Source: Octopus vulgaris
Lineage: Eukaryota
DNA length: 64,000 nt
Assembly (NCBI GenBank): GCA_951406725.2
Contig: OX597827.1
Location: 7,750,001-7,814,000, forward strand
Direction of reading: 5' to 3'
The notes beneath the pieces are model-generated. The model had not been told where the DNA came from and made no database searches. It saw only the letters and a list, made by a program, of their open reading frames with translations. Below, in pieces: positions 13,055 through 26,079 of this stretch. Within the stretch, counting starts at the first letter, position 1; every line of letters begins with the position of its first letter. Both the position numbers and the translations under genes were made by a program.

Positions 13055-13065
13055 CTGTATATATG

Positions 13066-13105
<40 letters not shown>

Positions 13106-13532
13106 TATATACATATATATATACATATATATACATATATATATATACATATATATATATACATATATATATATATGTGTGTGTGTGTATGTATATGTAT
13201 ACATGTATGTATGTATACTCACACATACATGCACACATGTATATATACATACTCTCAGGCACACACATAAACTCACACACTGAACAACTAGTGTATATGT
13301 GTTTGTGTGTAAAAGATATGCACAAAATTCACTTAAATAATATGTCATAAATTGGTCTTCTGCATGTTATTGTGAATGTAGCATAAATTAACTGTGAATG
13401 TCTATGATTTATGTTGTAGGTTTCTTTGTTTGAAATGATGTATCTTGAAGCCCCAACAGCACCAGCATCACTATAAAAATGAATGAAAATTCAAACAAAC
13501 AAGTGAAAGGAGAAGTAATGTAATATTTAAGA

Positions 13533-13541
13533 ACTCACCTG
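13533..13541 (-). other. Splice donor (phase 0) ending the large protocadherin exon
   Basis: Minus strand reads ...ACACATCAG|GTGAGT, a full donor consensus, only 3 codons before the stop (EETHQ|VSS*). Confidence 0.8.
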
Positions 13542-15950
13542 ATGTGTTTCCTCTGCTGTTGCTTGACATGGAATTCTTGAAATTGAACCTTTCCAGTGAT
13601 AACTAGAATCATATGTCGAAGGAAGTTGACCCCTGGGTACTGCTGGGTAGAGATTTCTTTCTCCACTTGCACTCAGTACAGTAGCAGTAGGGTCTGTTTG
13701 AGGTGACATCTGTTCACATAAATTTTCTGATTCTTTATTTGTATCCCAAAGTTTTTTAGGAAAATCAACTCCTGAACTGTATTGTACGTTCCTTTGATCA
13801 TTTCGCCGAATAATACAGATGACTATTGACACAACAAGGACTACAGAAGCTGTCACTGTTGCCACTACAATAATGATAAACAGGTTAAAATGTATTTTGT
13901 TATCTGTTTGTGCATCTATTGCAGCAAACTTAGTTGATGTTTTGTTGTTAACTGTCAATGTCAATGTCAAAGTCGTGGTCGCTGAAAGAACTGGAGTACC
14001 ACTGTCTTTCACAGTAAACCGAAGTTCGTATAATCCTGCATCATTTTGATAAACTGGTCGAGAGTATGATAAAACACCAGTGTAAGGATTAATACCAAAT
14101 AAATCTTTACCTTGGCTACTAAATAATTCATACTGAAGGAATGCATTTTCTCGTCTGTCTCTGTCAGAGGCTCTCAGTGTTGTGATATCATTGCTGCTCT
14201 GAGGATGGTAGTGGACATCTAAACTGAAAGGGTTTACACTGGGAAAGGTAAAATATGGTGCATTGTCATTTTCATCCATGACTTCTACCACAACATTTGC
14301 AGAACTACTTAAAGGTGGAGTTCCACAGTCTTTTACTAATACTTTGAATTCATATATTTCTTGTTGTTCTCGATCAAATGATTTTTTGGTTGAAATAAAG
14401 CCATTGTTTGTTATTTTGAATGGGATATTGTGCGCATTGTTTCTGTCTAAAAAATATACAAGTTGCCCTCCTTCTCCAAGGTCTAAGTCTGTAGCATTAA
14501 TGAAACCAACAGGAAAGTTAGCTTCTTCATTTTCATATGTCAGAAACTTGAAGGTGTCCTTTGTAAACTCTGGTTGTACGTCATTGACATCAGTAATTTG
14601 GATAGAAAATTTCCTTTCAATTTTCAAAGATGGAAATCCTCTGTCTTGACAGGTAATCATAAAATTAATATTTTTCTCTGTTTCTCTGTCGACAGCTTTC
14701 TTAACAACTACTTTGTACTTTTTTTTACCAAGACTCTGAAGTTTGAGTTTATCGTGAACCAAGCTGCAGCTGACAATGCCATTTTGTCCGATATCATTGT
14801 CTATAATCTTAACGTAAGCAATAAAACTTCCAACTTTCACTCCTTCAGAAATGGTTGCCAGATTGTCTGCAGATTCAGACATAAACTTGACATCCATACT
14901 TGGTGCATTATTTTGTTGGTTGATAACGTTGACCTGAAGGATAGCTGTTGAGCTCATTGGTGGGCTTCCTTCATCTCTGGCTTCTATATAAAGTGCATAG
15001 GTCAATCGCTTTTGGAAAGAAAAAGTTTCAGATAAAAAGATTTCTCCACTTTTCTTATCTAACTGGAAATTTTTCATTATTTGATCGGATGTTTTGGAAC
15101 TAAAATGGTATGATACTTGACCGTTTTTATCAGCGTCTAAATCTGTTGCTGATAATTTTGCAATAGGAATACTTATTTGGTGTGTATTACGGAGAGATAC
15201 ATTATAAATGTTCTGTGTAAACACTGGGGGATTGTCATTAACATCTGCCACTAATATCTTAACACTCAGTATGCTTTGTTTCATTGGTGATCCTCCATCT
15301 TTAGCTATAACTCGAAGCATATAAGTGTCTTTCACCTCTCGGTCAAGTCTTTTGGCAAGAATTATCAACAGTTTCGCTGTTCCATCTAATTTCTTTGTCA
15401 CTGTCAAATTGAATGGAACTTCAATGTCATTCTTCCTTAAATTGTAAGTAATTTGAGAGTTGTGCACTCCAACATCTTTATCTATAGCATTTGGAATAAA
15501 TTTTTTCATTCCTTCTCCATCTCCTTCAGAAAACTTTAGCTCCACCATTTTTACTGGGAATTCAGGGGCATTATCATTAGCATCTTTAATTATTACTTTA
15601 ACTTCTAATATTATGATGAAAGACTCATCTTGTTTCACTGCAACTTCTACAATCTTGAAACATTCAACATTATATTTACAAATTGATTCAGCATCCAATC
15701 TTTCCACCGTGTATAGTCTGCCTGCTTTTGATACATTGAATAATTGTAAACCAGTTGAGGAATCCTGTTGAAGTTGACTGAAAGTTATCTGACTGTGATC
15801 TTTGGAAGGAATTTTATCATATGACATAGTATCAGCTGCAATATCTCCAACGTATGTACCTGGACTTTTGCCTTCATTTATATAGTAAGTCAGATCGATG
15901 GACATACAAAATCTCAATGTAAATATGAGAATACTAATTTGAACTAACAT
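13539..15950 (-). CDS. Protocadherin (cephalopod expanded type), large coding exon: signal peptide, 6 cadherin repeats, TM helix, start of cytoplasmic domain; probably spliced to further 3' exon(s) (unspliced ORF ends at 13527)
   Basis: 807-aa ORF. Hydrophobic N-terminus MLVQISILIFTLRFCMS; EC1 Cys-x5-Cys (CKYNVEC) typical of protocadherins. Linker motifs DANDNAPEF, DVNDNPPVF, DVNDVQPEF, DENDNAPYF; LDRE/VDRE/FDRE and DxD motifs. TM LFIIIVVATVTASVVLVVSIVICII followed by RR. Confidence 0.97.
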
Positions 15951-16000
15951 ATTCTAATTTAAATTCCAGTCATTAGATGTTTTAAAATGTTTCTAAATGC

Positions 16001-16020
16001 CTGAAACAAACAGAAAGTAA
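16001..16020 (-). other. Splice acceptor opening the large protocadherin exon (50 nt of 5'UTR before the ATG)
   Basis: Minus strand TTACTTTCTGTTTGTTTCAG|GCATTT: polypyrimidine tract plus CAG. Confidence 0.7.
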
Positions 16021-17277
16021 TGTCTTTTACTTTTATATGAAAATATGCTATGGTTTACAAGATTCATAAAATTACCTGCAACATTATGTTACATTTCAGT
16101 GGGAAATGTTTAAAACATTTAAAACAGTTATTTTTAAGTATATACACAATAATTCTTACTTTCTTTCATGTTGTGCATCCTGTTATGTCAGGAATGCATC
16201 CATGAAAATTCTGCATTTCAATCTTCTTGGAATGTAATGTAGCAAGAATGGTTATCAGAATAAATGTAGAAATATAAAAGGATTATTTTCTTTCCCTAAA
16301 TAAATCAGCAATTTAAGCTTTTGTTAACTTGTTGATCAGAACAGTCCATCAATAAATTTACAGAGAAATGGTTCTGCTTGTCAACTATCTAGCTGTTTCA
16401 TGGTTCACTAGCTATTATCCACTTGTACTCAAAAATGATTTGCTGGTAAAAGACTCCTGCTTGAGACAGAAAGTCTTGGTCATCATGTAAATGGCTTGCT
16501 TTCGCAACTAAAAATAGGGAAATTTTATCAGCTATCAGTTTTATGTCTCACAGAGAATAGCTATTAGATTCCCAAACCGATCAGTGTTTTAGTAATGTAA
16601 TTCTGATAATGCTAATACAGAGCTAAGTAGTTCTGAAATGGAAAGCACTGATGAAATATATTTAGATATTTGATGGCTGATTCACTCTAGAGATATTGCT
16701 GTATCACACGATAATTAACATCTCATCTCTTCAACTGAACAGAAACCATAAAATTCTTAGCCATACAAGAAACATGAACCAAGTGCCAGTTGTTCATGTA
16801 CCAGTTTTAGCTTCTCTGAGCATCATTATCAGTACATCTAATAAAACATTGAGGAGAATTAGTTAATTTAAGCTGAGTATCAGCCATTGCAGTAATAAAC
16901 TAACAGGGAATCTTGTCAGAAATCACATCTTTTAAATGAAGGAAAATTTATTACCACTATTAAGAGTCTTAGTTTTAATTCCTTACCCAAAGTCTAATAC
17001 TGTATTCTTTTCCTTCATACTGTAGTATCAAGAAACATTTATTGTCGTCTTGACTGCATTTTATTTGTAGTTAAAATATTATCTTTATAATATTTATAAA
17101 TAATTGCTATTTATTTCATTTACATTTCTTTTCTGTTTCTTCACAATAACAAAAAAAAAAAAATGCAATTAAAATATTTTCTTAGTTCAAAATACCAATT
17201 TAATCTAAAAGATTAATTGTTTACATGAATGCATTTTCAGAAGAATGTTTAACTATATATTCTGGACTTTTAGAAGA

Positions 17278-17630
17278 TATGTATAGTGTAATATAAAACA
17301 AGGAATAAATTTATCAAAAAGGGTGTCCTATGAATATTTTTGCCTTTAGAGCTCAAAGTTTTGATTTTTCTTATGACCAAATATACCATACCTAGATAAC
17401 ACTAATCTTGTATATTAGCAAAACAGTTGACTTCTTACAAATGATGAATTTGATATATAATAAAATGAATATATATATAAAATCACTTTTATCCATATAC
17501 ATAAAAACACATAGATCATATGTAGATACATATATACACACCTTACATATATATATATATATGTGTTGTATATATATATATATATATATATATACCAACA
17601 TGTACATGCATGTGTGTGTGCATGTATGTG

Positions 17631-17661
<31 letters not shown>

Positions 17662-18481
17662 GCACATACAACTCATATATATATAATGCATACCAGCTAC
17701 TCCTATAAGCACACATACATTACATACACATTTTCTCATGCATGCATACACATATGTTCTCTCAAACACATACACACACACGCATACCGTCCATCAGACA
17801 CCTACCATATTCTGAGCGCCTTGTTTCCCTGGGCATGGATTCACTGAAGCTCCGGCGTTTGGCGACGGACTTGGTAAACACCCACAAAGTTATCAACCAC
17901 CTCACCAACAACAACACTGAACACCTTTTTGATCTCCATGTGTCTAACACACGTGGACATGCCTACAAAGTCAGAAAACAATACAGCTCCCATGACTTTC
18001 GGAAACATTTTTTCACGCTCAGAGTTGCTGAAGCATGGAATAAACTGCCTGCGTCAGTTGTTGACTGCCATGACACTGCATCTTTTAAGGCCCTCATGCT
18101 TTCCGAAATCCGCCGAAACTTCACCTGATTATATATACACTTTAGATGAGTTGTAGTGCACCTGAGCACTGTACACAATTATTATTATTATTATTATTAT
18201 TATGTATAGTGTAATATAAAACAAGGAATAAATTTATCAAAAAGGGTGTCCTATGAATATTTTTGCCTTTAGAGCTCAAAGTTTTGATTTTTCTTATGAC
18301 CAAATATACCATACCTAGATAACACTAATCTTGTATATTAGCAAAACAATTGACTTCTTACAAATGACGAATTTGATATATAATAAAATGAATATATATA
18401 TAAAATCACTTTTATCCATATACATAAAAACACATAGATCATACGTAGATACATATATACACACTTACATATATATATATA

Positions 18482-18515
<34 letters not shown>

Positions 18516-18545
18516 CCAACATGTACATGCATGTGTGTGTGCATG

Positions 18546-18590
<45 letters not shown>

Positions 18591-18695
18591 GCACATACAA
18601 CTCATATATATATAATGCATACCAGCCTACTCCTATAAGCACACATACATTACATACACATTTTCTCATGCATGCATACACATATGTTCTCTCAA

Positions 18696-18710
<15 letters not shown>
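17278..18710 (+). repeat. ~505-bp direct duplication (17278-17780 and 18201-18710) bracketing the CR1 fragment
   Basis: Both copies run tatgtatagtgtaatataaaacaagg ... catatgttctctcaaacacatacac and differ by a few SNPs and microsatellite lengths. Confidence 0.93.
17781..18200 (+). mobile_element. 5'-truncated CR1-group LINE (ORF2 C-terminus, 3'UTR, (TTA)n tail)
   Basis: YSERLVSLGMDSLKLRRLATDL...TRGHAYKVRKQ...RKHFFTLRVAEAWNKLP matches the typical CR1 ORF2 end; ends in (TTA)n. Confidence 0.88.
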
Positions 18711-18728
<18 letters not shown>

Positions 18729-18889
18729 AATAAGTAAACTCAAACAAAACACTTGTATATTCACAGGTGAGGAAAATTAAAAATTAAACAGGAAAATTTC
18801 AACAAAACTTGAAGATATGAGAAAAAAAAAAAACAATTACAGGAGAAAACAATTTTTTTAAAAATAAGTCTTAGGAAGACAACAATGTG

Positions 18890-18928
18890 CCAACAACAAC
18901 AACAGCAACAACAACAACAGCAACAACA

Positions 18929-18960
<32 letters not shown>

Positions 18961-18985
18961 CACCACCACCACCACCACCACCACC

Positions 18986-19019
<34 letters not shown>

Positions 19020-19060
19020 TTACCACCACCACCACCACCACCACCACCACCACCACCACC

Positions 19061-19120
<60 letters not shown>

Positions 19121-19155
19121 GCTACTACTGCTGCTGCTGCTACAGTAACAATAAC
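18890..19155. repeat. Compound trinucleotide microsatellite (CAA/CTA/CCA/CTG)
   Basis: Directly visible. Confidence 0.95.
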
Positions 19156-20167
19156 AAAGGGTGAAAATAATAACTGTAGCAAAATGCTACTAAAGGGAAT
19201 TTATAGCTCATCTAATTCTTTTTTTTTCCTACTTTTACTGTAAACATTTGGGTACATTGCGTGCTAACACCGCCAGTCATGGCCAATAATTTCCCTAGTG
19301 GCAAACTGATAGTTCTGAAACCTAAAATACGCATACAGTCAGTGTGTGTTAATTGTTATTTCTGATCAGTTTGCTGCAGTGTAACTTGGCTGTAATGCAT
19401 TCACTCAAGAGTCTTTTGCTAATTAAAGATAAAACAAGAAAAGAATGGAAGTGAAATAAATAAAAGATAAAAAAAAAAAAGCATACTAACATAAAATAAA
19501 TTACAGCTGAGTTTTTCCAAAACACAAACTTTGAAAGTGTCAGAAAGAAAGAAAAAAAAGACAAGTAAATAGGAAGGAAGAAATAATACTGCATTCTCTT
19601 GATGTGAGATTGAAGGATTCCTGTTGTCACAGAAAGAGAATTGGATGTTGAGATGTTCATCCCTTTCCTAAGAGTATTAAAGGTTTCATGTGGGGAAATT
19701 CAGGCTTGACCAAAAACAGGGAGCCTCTAAGCAATCACTCAGACTGCAAGAGAAAGCAGTTGAGTCTTCCTCAAATTTAACTCATTTGTCTTTGAAAAAC
19801 AAGTGACACAATGGATAATGCTCATTTTTGTACTTGCGATGTTGTCAAGAAAACCTGGATCATTATTGCTAGAAATGCGTTCCATGATAGGTCTGCTAGA
19901 TCAGGACCGACTTGGCCCCTGGATACAAAGAACATCAACTATGTCGCAAGGTCTTGTCACATTGTGCTTTTGACTTTTAGTCATTTCTGAATGTTAAGAT
20001 ATTGTAAAATATCGGTTTTCTTTATGAAACACACAGTAAGCTAATCTTTCAGACACTGTTTTCATAAAAAGATTATGTCAAATGCAGACCATAAGAATCT
20101 CCTCTCTCTCTCACTCTCCTTCTCTCTGTGTCTCTCTCTTCATCTCTCTCTCTCTCTCTCTCTCTCT

Positions 20168-20200
<33 letters not shown>

Positions 20201-20988
20201 TATATACTTCTTTTACTTGTCTCAGGAATTGAACTGTCTTGAAGGTTTAGTTGCTCAAATTGGAACATGTACTCACACACCACACACAGTCTAATGGCCA
20301 CAGTCTAATGATTGAAATAGGTAAAAGGAAATATATATATATATATAAGTATATAGATGTATGCATATATATATATATATATATGTATATATATTTATTT
20401 ATTTATATACAATATATATATACATACATATATATGCATATTGTATATAAGAACATATATATATTTATGTATACATGTATTATATATATCATATATAATA
20501 CATATATCTATATATCTATATATCTATCTCTCTCTATATATATACATAATGAACAAGGATCAATTTATATATATATATATCTTATATATATATATATGAA
20601 CACACATATACATACAAATGCCCAGGTACAGCGTATAAAACTTAATAAAAATTAATTGAAATGTGTTAAGTACTTTTATTTGGAATATGTAATTCCAAAG
20701 AGAAGTATTTGCTGAATATACATGTTTCTCTGATACACATATATATATATATATATATAATATTATTAAATATGTGTGTGTGTGGAAATCAATGTGTGGG
20801 TATGGCCTCATTATTTATATATCTATATATCTCTCCTTCTATCTATGTATTTATCTTATTTGTCTTATATATATATATATATATACATATATTTATGCAC
20901 ACACACACATTAATATATATATATATAAATAAATATAGATAGACACACACATATACACACCTAACTTCTATCTGTGTGAGTATATACA

Positions 20989-21193
<205 letters not shown>

Positions 21194-21323
21194 CATATAT
21201 ATATATATATATATACATATATTTATACACTACATATATATATATGTATATATACATGTATATATATAGATATATATATATATATATATCTATATATATA
21301 TATGTGTGTGTGTATACATTCCT

Positions 21324-21374
<51 letters not shown>

Positions 21375-21555
21375 TAAGTATGTGTGGGTATGCATATATA
21401 TATTATTTTTCAGTTGTTTCAGTTATTGATTTGATACTTATTCTATTAATCTATTTTTGCCATATTACGAAGTTGCTTGGTCTTAAACAAACCAACACCA
21501 GTTGGCAACAGTGGTAGGGTACAAACTGAAAGATGTGCAAATACATACATACATC

Positions 21556-21589
<34 letters not shown>

Positions 21590-21758
21590 CTTTACAACAA
21601 GCCTCTACTTAGCTTCCATCTATCAAATACACTCATAACTCATTAGTCTATGATATTAGAAGACACTTGCTGAAGGTAGGAAGGTAGCATGCAGTGGAAT
21701 TGAACCTGAGACCATGTTAGCAAAAGTTAACTTCTTAATAACACAGCTATATTTGCAC

Positions 21759-21842
<84 letters not shown>

Positions 21843-21930
21843 ATCAACCCGCAAATTTTTATGGGTAACACCATAAAAAATTCCGGTGCATCTAAATTAA
21901 GTACCATATTCATTTGAATCTAAATTGTTG

Positions 21931-21996
<66 letters not shown>

Positions 21997-22001
21997 GTAT
22001 A

Positions 22002-22041
<40 letters not shown>

Positions 22042-22414
22042 TATATACATGTATATATATATATACACACACACATATATATGTATACATATTTATGTCT
22101 GTGTGCATATATGCATGTGCACACGTGTATGTGTTGTGTTGTGTGTGTATGTGTGTGAGTGTTTGTGTGTATGTGTGTGTGTGTATATATATATGCACAA
22201 ACGCAGACCATGAAACTTTACAAAATAAAAGAAATGAATAAACTATTAAGAATATTTAATTCCGAAGATAAGTCTGGCCTTGTTGACCGTGCTGTACGCT
22301 CATACCATGTTACTAAGATATGCATTTATTAGCAGTTGTAATGTTATTAAATAGGAATAGCTAAGTGGACAATCAATTATCAAAATTTCTATGCCTGTTA
22401 TGTATTGATGTATG

Positions 22415-22446
<32 letters not shown>

Positions 22447-22585
22447 CAAATTTCCGCACGAAAGCACGTAGTCTATGCCCTAGGGACGTAACTTCAACCG
22501 TGTTCTTTCTGATGGGAATTTGCTACCCAGGTATCGGTTATCTTTCGAATTATCCTTAATAAGATAATTCATTCAACTACTCAAA

Positions 22586-22628
<43 letters not shown>

Positions 22629-22734
22629 ATATATATATATATATTTATGTATGTATGTATGTATGTATGTATGTATGTATGTATGAATGTATATATCTTC
22701 TTTATGATGTTTAGGTTAGGTGATTATATATCTA

Positions 22735-23165
22735 TTATTTGTTTCAGTCATTAGACTGTGGCCATGCTGGAGCAATGCCTTGGATAATTTTAGTTGAGTA
22801 AATTGATCCTGGTCCATTATCTTTTTTAAGCAAGGTACTTATTCTATTAGTATCTTTGCTGAACAGCTAAGTTACATGCTTGTAAACACACTAACACCAG
22901 TTGCCAGGTTGTTGTGGGAGACAAACAAAGATACACACACACACACACAGACACACACAGACACACACTCACACACACATGCATGCACACGCACATACAC
23001 ATTCAAATATACATATATTTACAGTGGGCTTCTTTCAGTTTCCATCTGCCAACTTTATTCACTAGGACCTGGTCAACCCACGGCTGTAATAGAATACATT
23101 CACCCAGTGGGACTGAACACAGAGCCATGTGGCTGGAAAGCAAACTTCTTATCACACAGCTATGC
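22735..23165 (-). mobile_element. SINE family A, diverged copy (another at ~21405-21755)
   Basis: Homology to the family A tail, body and head. Confidence 0.7.
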
Positions 23166-23172
23166 TTGTTTG

Positions 23173-23205
<33 letters not shown>

Positions 23206-24599
23206 ACTCACACACACACTCACACACAGGTACACTTTTACAAGCATATGCACACATAGCATGCATATGTATTTCTGTATATGGGTATGTGTGGGTGTGA
23301 CAGTATATATATGTGTGTGTGTGTGTGGGTGTGACAGTGTACATGTGTGTGTGTGTGTGTATGATATTTTTTATATATTTGAAACTAAATTTGGGTGACA
23401 ATTTTACCAAAGACAGGATTTGAAAAAATTCTAGTAAAATTTGTTGCCTCACATATTTATCATTGGCACTATGAAACATTTAAGTTATGACTTTAACAAC
23501 TACAGGTGAAAGTATAAATATATTTATAAGAAAGAATATAAAATACCATCTCTTGATTCCTTTAGCAAATGAAATGCTGAAGTTAAACTAATTTTTCAGA
23601 AATAACAAAAATGAAGAATAAGACTCAAACACCATGCCCCACCAAAAAAAAAAAAAAAAAAAAAAAATAGCATGAAAATAACTGAATGCATTTACGCCCT
23701 TTCAATACCAACCTGTCCAAGACTTCCCCTCCTACCTTTTATGATTCAAACTTTTTGTTTTAAAGTGATCTACATCCTAACCATCCATCAGAATTTCATG
23801 TTGTGTTCCAAACACCAGTTTAATTATGACGAAGTTATTTAACCGAATTCTTCCTTATTTTCAAAATTTATTGAAACAAAACCCATTGAATTTCAACAGA
23901 CTTCTTATAGCAAAAGTGCTCCATATGATTTGCATAAAATACCTGAAGAGAGTTACTTTGGAGTCGGTGATATGGAGTGAAAAAATAAATACATACAAAA
24001 AAAAAAACATTTGAAAAAAATAAAATCAAAAAACACCACCAACAATAACAACAACAATAATAACAACAACAATAATAACAGCAACAACGATAGCAACAAA
24101 AACAATGCTAAGTTATAAGGTTCTTTAAGAAACGACAAAGAATAAACTTGGGGGATACAATAAAAGTTTTGCAGGAATATCTAACAACATGCAAATAGGA
24201 AAAAAATTTCTTTAAAATATGAATAGACAAAGTCTTCAGCCTTTACCTTATTTCTTTTGATGATATTTTGGGTAGTAGAAAGTTTAACAAGTTCCAAGTT
24301 ACAAGGAGTAGTCACAAGAGAAATGAATGATTCAATCTGTGCAATGCCCAATAGTTATTTTTTTTTTTCCAATTGAACCGAGATAAGATAAATGTTAGAA
24401 AGATCCTAACAAAATTATGTTCAACTCTGTAGTTGAGAGTTGATAAAACTCCTTGTTTTGTATGAAGCTGTTAAGATATTTTATCTCTTTTGAATTTCAA
24501 ATCAGTATTAATTAAGGAAAATATTCAGTGAGGCAATGTTTCAAACTTCCTTTCAGGTAGTTTCTGTCAGTGTCGAGAAGAAGAATTGACAAAAAGTAG

Positions 24600-25140
24600 G
24601 GGGAACCAACCAGCTACTTACTTGTAGAAATCTATCCTTATTCTGATATGTGTATCCTGCAGTCGATTCGTGTGATAGCTGCTGCGGCTGCGGCTGCTGC
24701 TGCTGTTGCTGCTGTTGTGTGACAGCACAGCTATATGGCTGTGTTATGGGAATGGGAGTGAGAGATACATAAAGAGAGAGAGTGAGAGAGCGAAAGTGAT
24801 TGATTGAAAGAGTTTGTATGCGCGCGAGAGAGAGAGAGAGAAAGAGAAAGAGAGGCATACATGTTCATTCACAGTGAGTTAGTGACAGTAAGAGAAATAT
24901 AGAAACTGATGGATAGAAAGAAAGGCAGATATACAGAGAAAGAGAGAGGGAAGTAGGGTGAAAGAAGTAGGGTGAAAGAGCAGGAGAGAAGATTTAGATA
25001 TAGAAAGCAATATAAAGAGATATAGGGAGACGAAATAGAGAAAAATAGAGAGAAAGCAAGAGAAAATAGAGAGGCCTTCAGTTCTATGAAGTGTGATGTG
25101 TATATAATGTCTGCTGTAGCCACTGAGTCACTGATTAAAC
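24600..25140 (-). promoter_or_regulatory. Candidate promoter / non-coding first exon for the protocadherin
   Basis: Local CpG/GC increase with a (CAG)n run and CGCGCG, a ~330 bp CT-rich tract upstream on the minus strand, and an AP-1-like TGAGTCA at 25124-25130. Minus-strand donors CAA|GTAAGT (24616-24621) and AAG|GTAAAG (24241-24246). Inference only. Confidence 0.35.
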
Positions 25141-25382
25141 TTTACATGGGAAGAAAAACCAAAACCTTGCTTCTTCCATTCCTTGAAGCATGAAAACAAA
25201 TTGTTTATTATGTTTGTTTTTGTGTTCAATTTGTGTTTGATTTGTTTACTATCTAGCTATTTGTGTATATTTGTATGTGTGTATATAACTGTTTATATAT
25301 ACACCTATGTCAAGGCATATGTTTAGAGATCTGTATATACATGTACATACATACATACATATACATATATATATATACATAC

Positions 25383-25413
<31 letters not shown>

Positions 25414-25454
25414 CATATATATACATATATATATATATACATATATATATATAC

Positions 25455-25578
<124 letters not shown>

Positions 25579-26037
25579 AGTATACACACACACGTATTTG
25601 AATTTATATCAATGCATATTTATTTGCATGTCAACATAGATTCACATGCAGGTATACAGTTCAATTCAGCTCAATGCAGAAGAATGTGTGTGTGTGTGTG
25701 TGTGCACACATGCATGTGTGTATATATAAATGTGTGTATATATAAATGTTTGTGTGTGTGTGTGTGTGCGTGCACACATGCATGTGTGTATATATAAATG
25801 TGTGTGTGTGTATAGATATGTATATTTATATGTATACATATATTTTCACATATATATTACACATACATACACGCACACATATGTATGTATATGAATATAT
25901 AATCATGTGTATATAGATCTGATAAACCTTGACAGAGATGTATGTATAAGCAGTTATATACATATTCAAACATACACACACACATAAATGCATATATATG
26001 AATATGCATGTATATAAACACATATATACACATTTAT

Positions 26038-26079
<42 letters not shown>

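Noticed and set aside
13819-15771. Plus-strand ORFs overlapping the protocadherin
   Set aside because: Antisense shadows of the real CDS with no recognisable motifs.
24553-24858. PolyQ-containing 101-aa ORF
   Set aside because: The frame is made of CT-rich and CAG repeats with no domain; better explained as UTR/promoter sequence.
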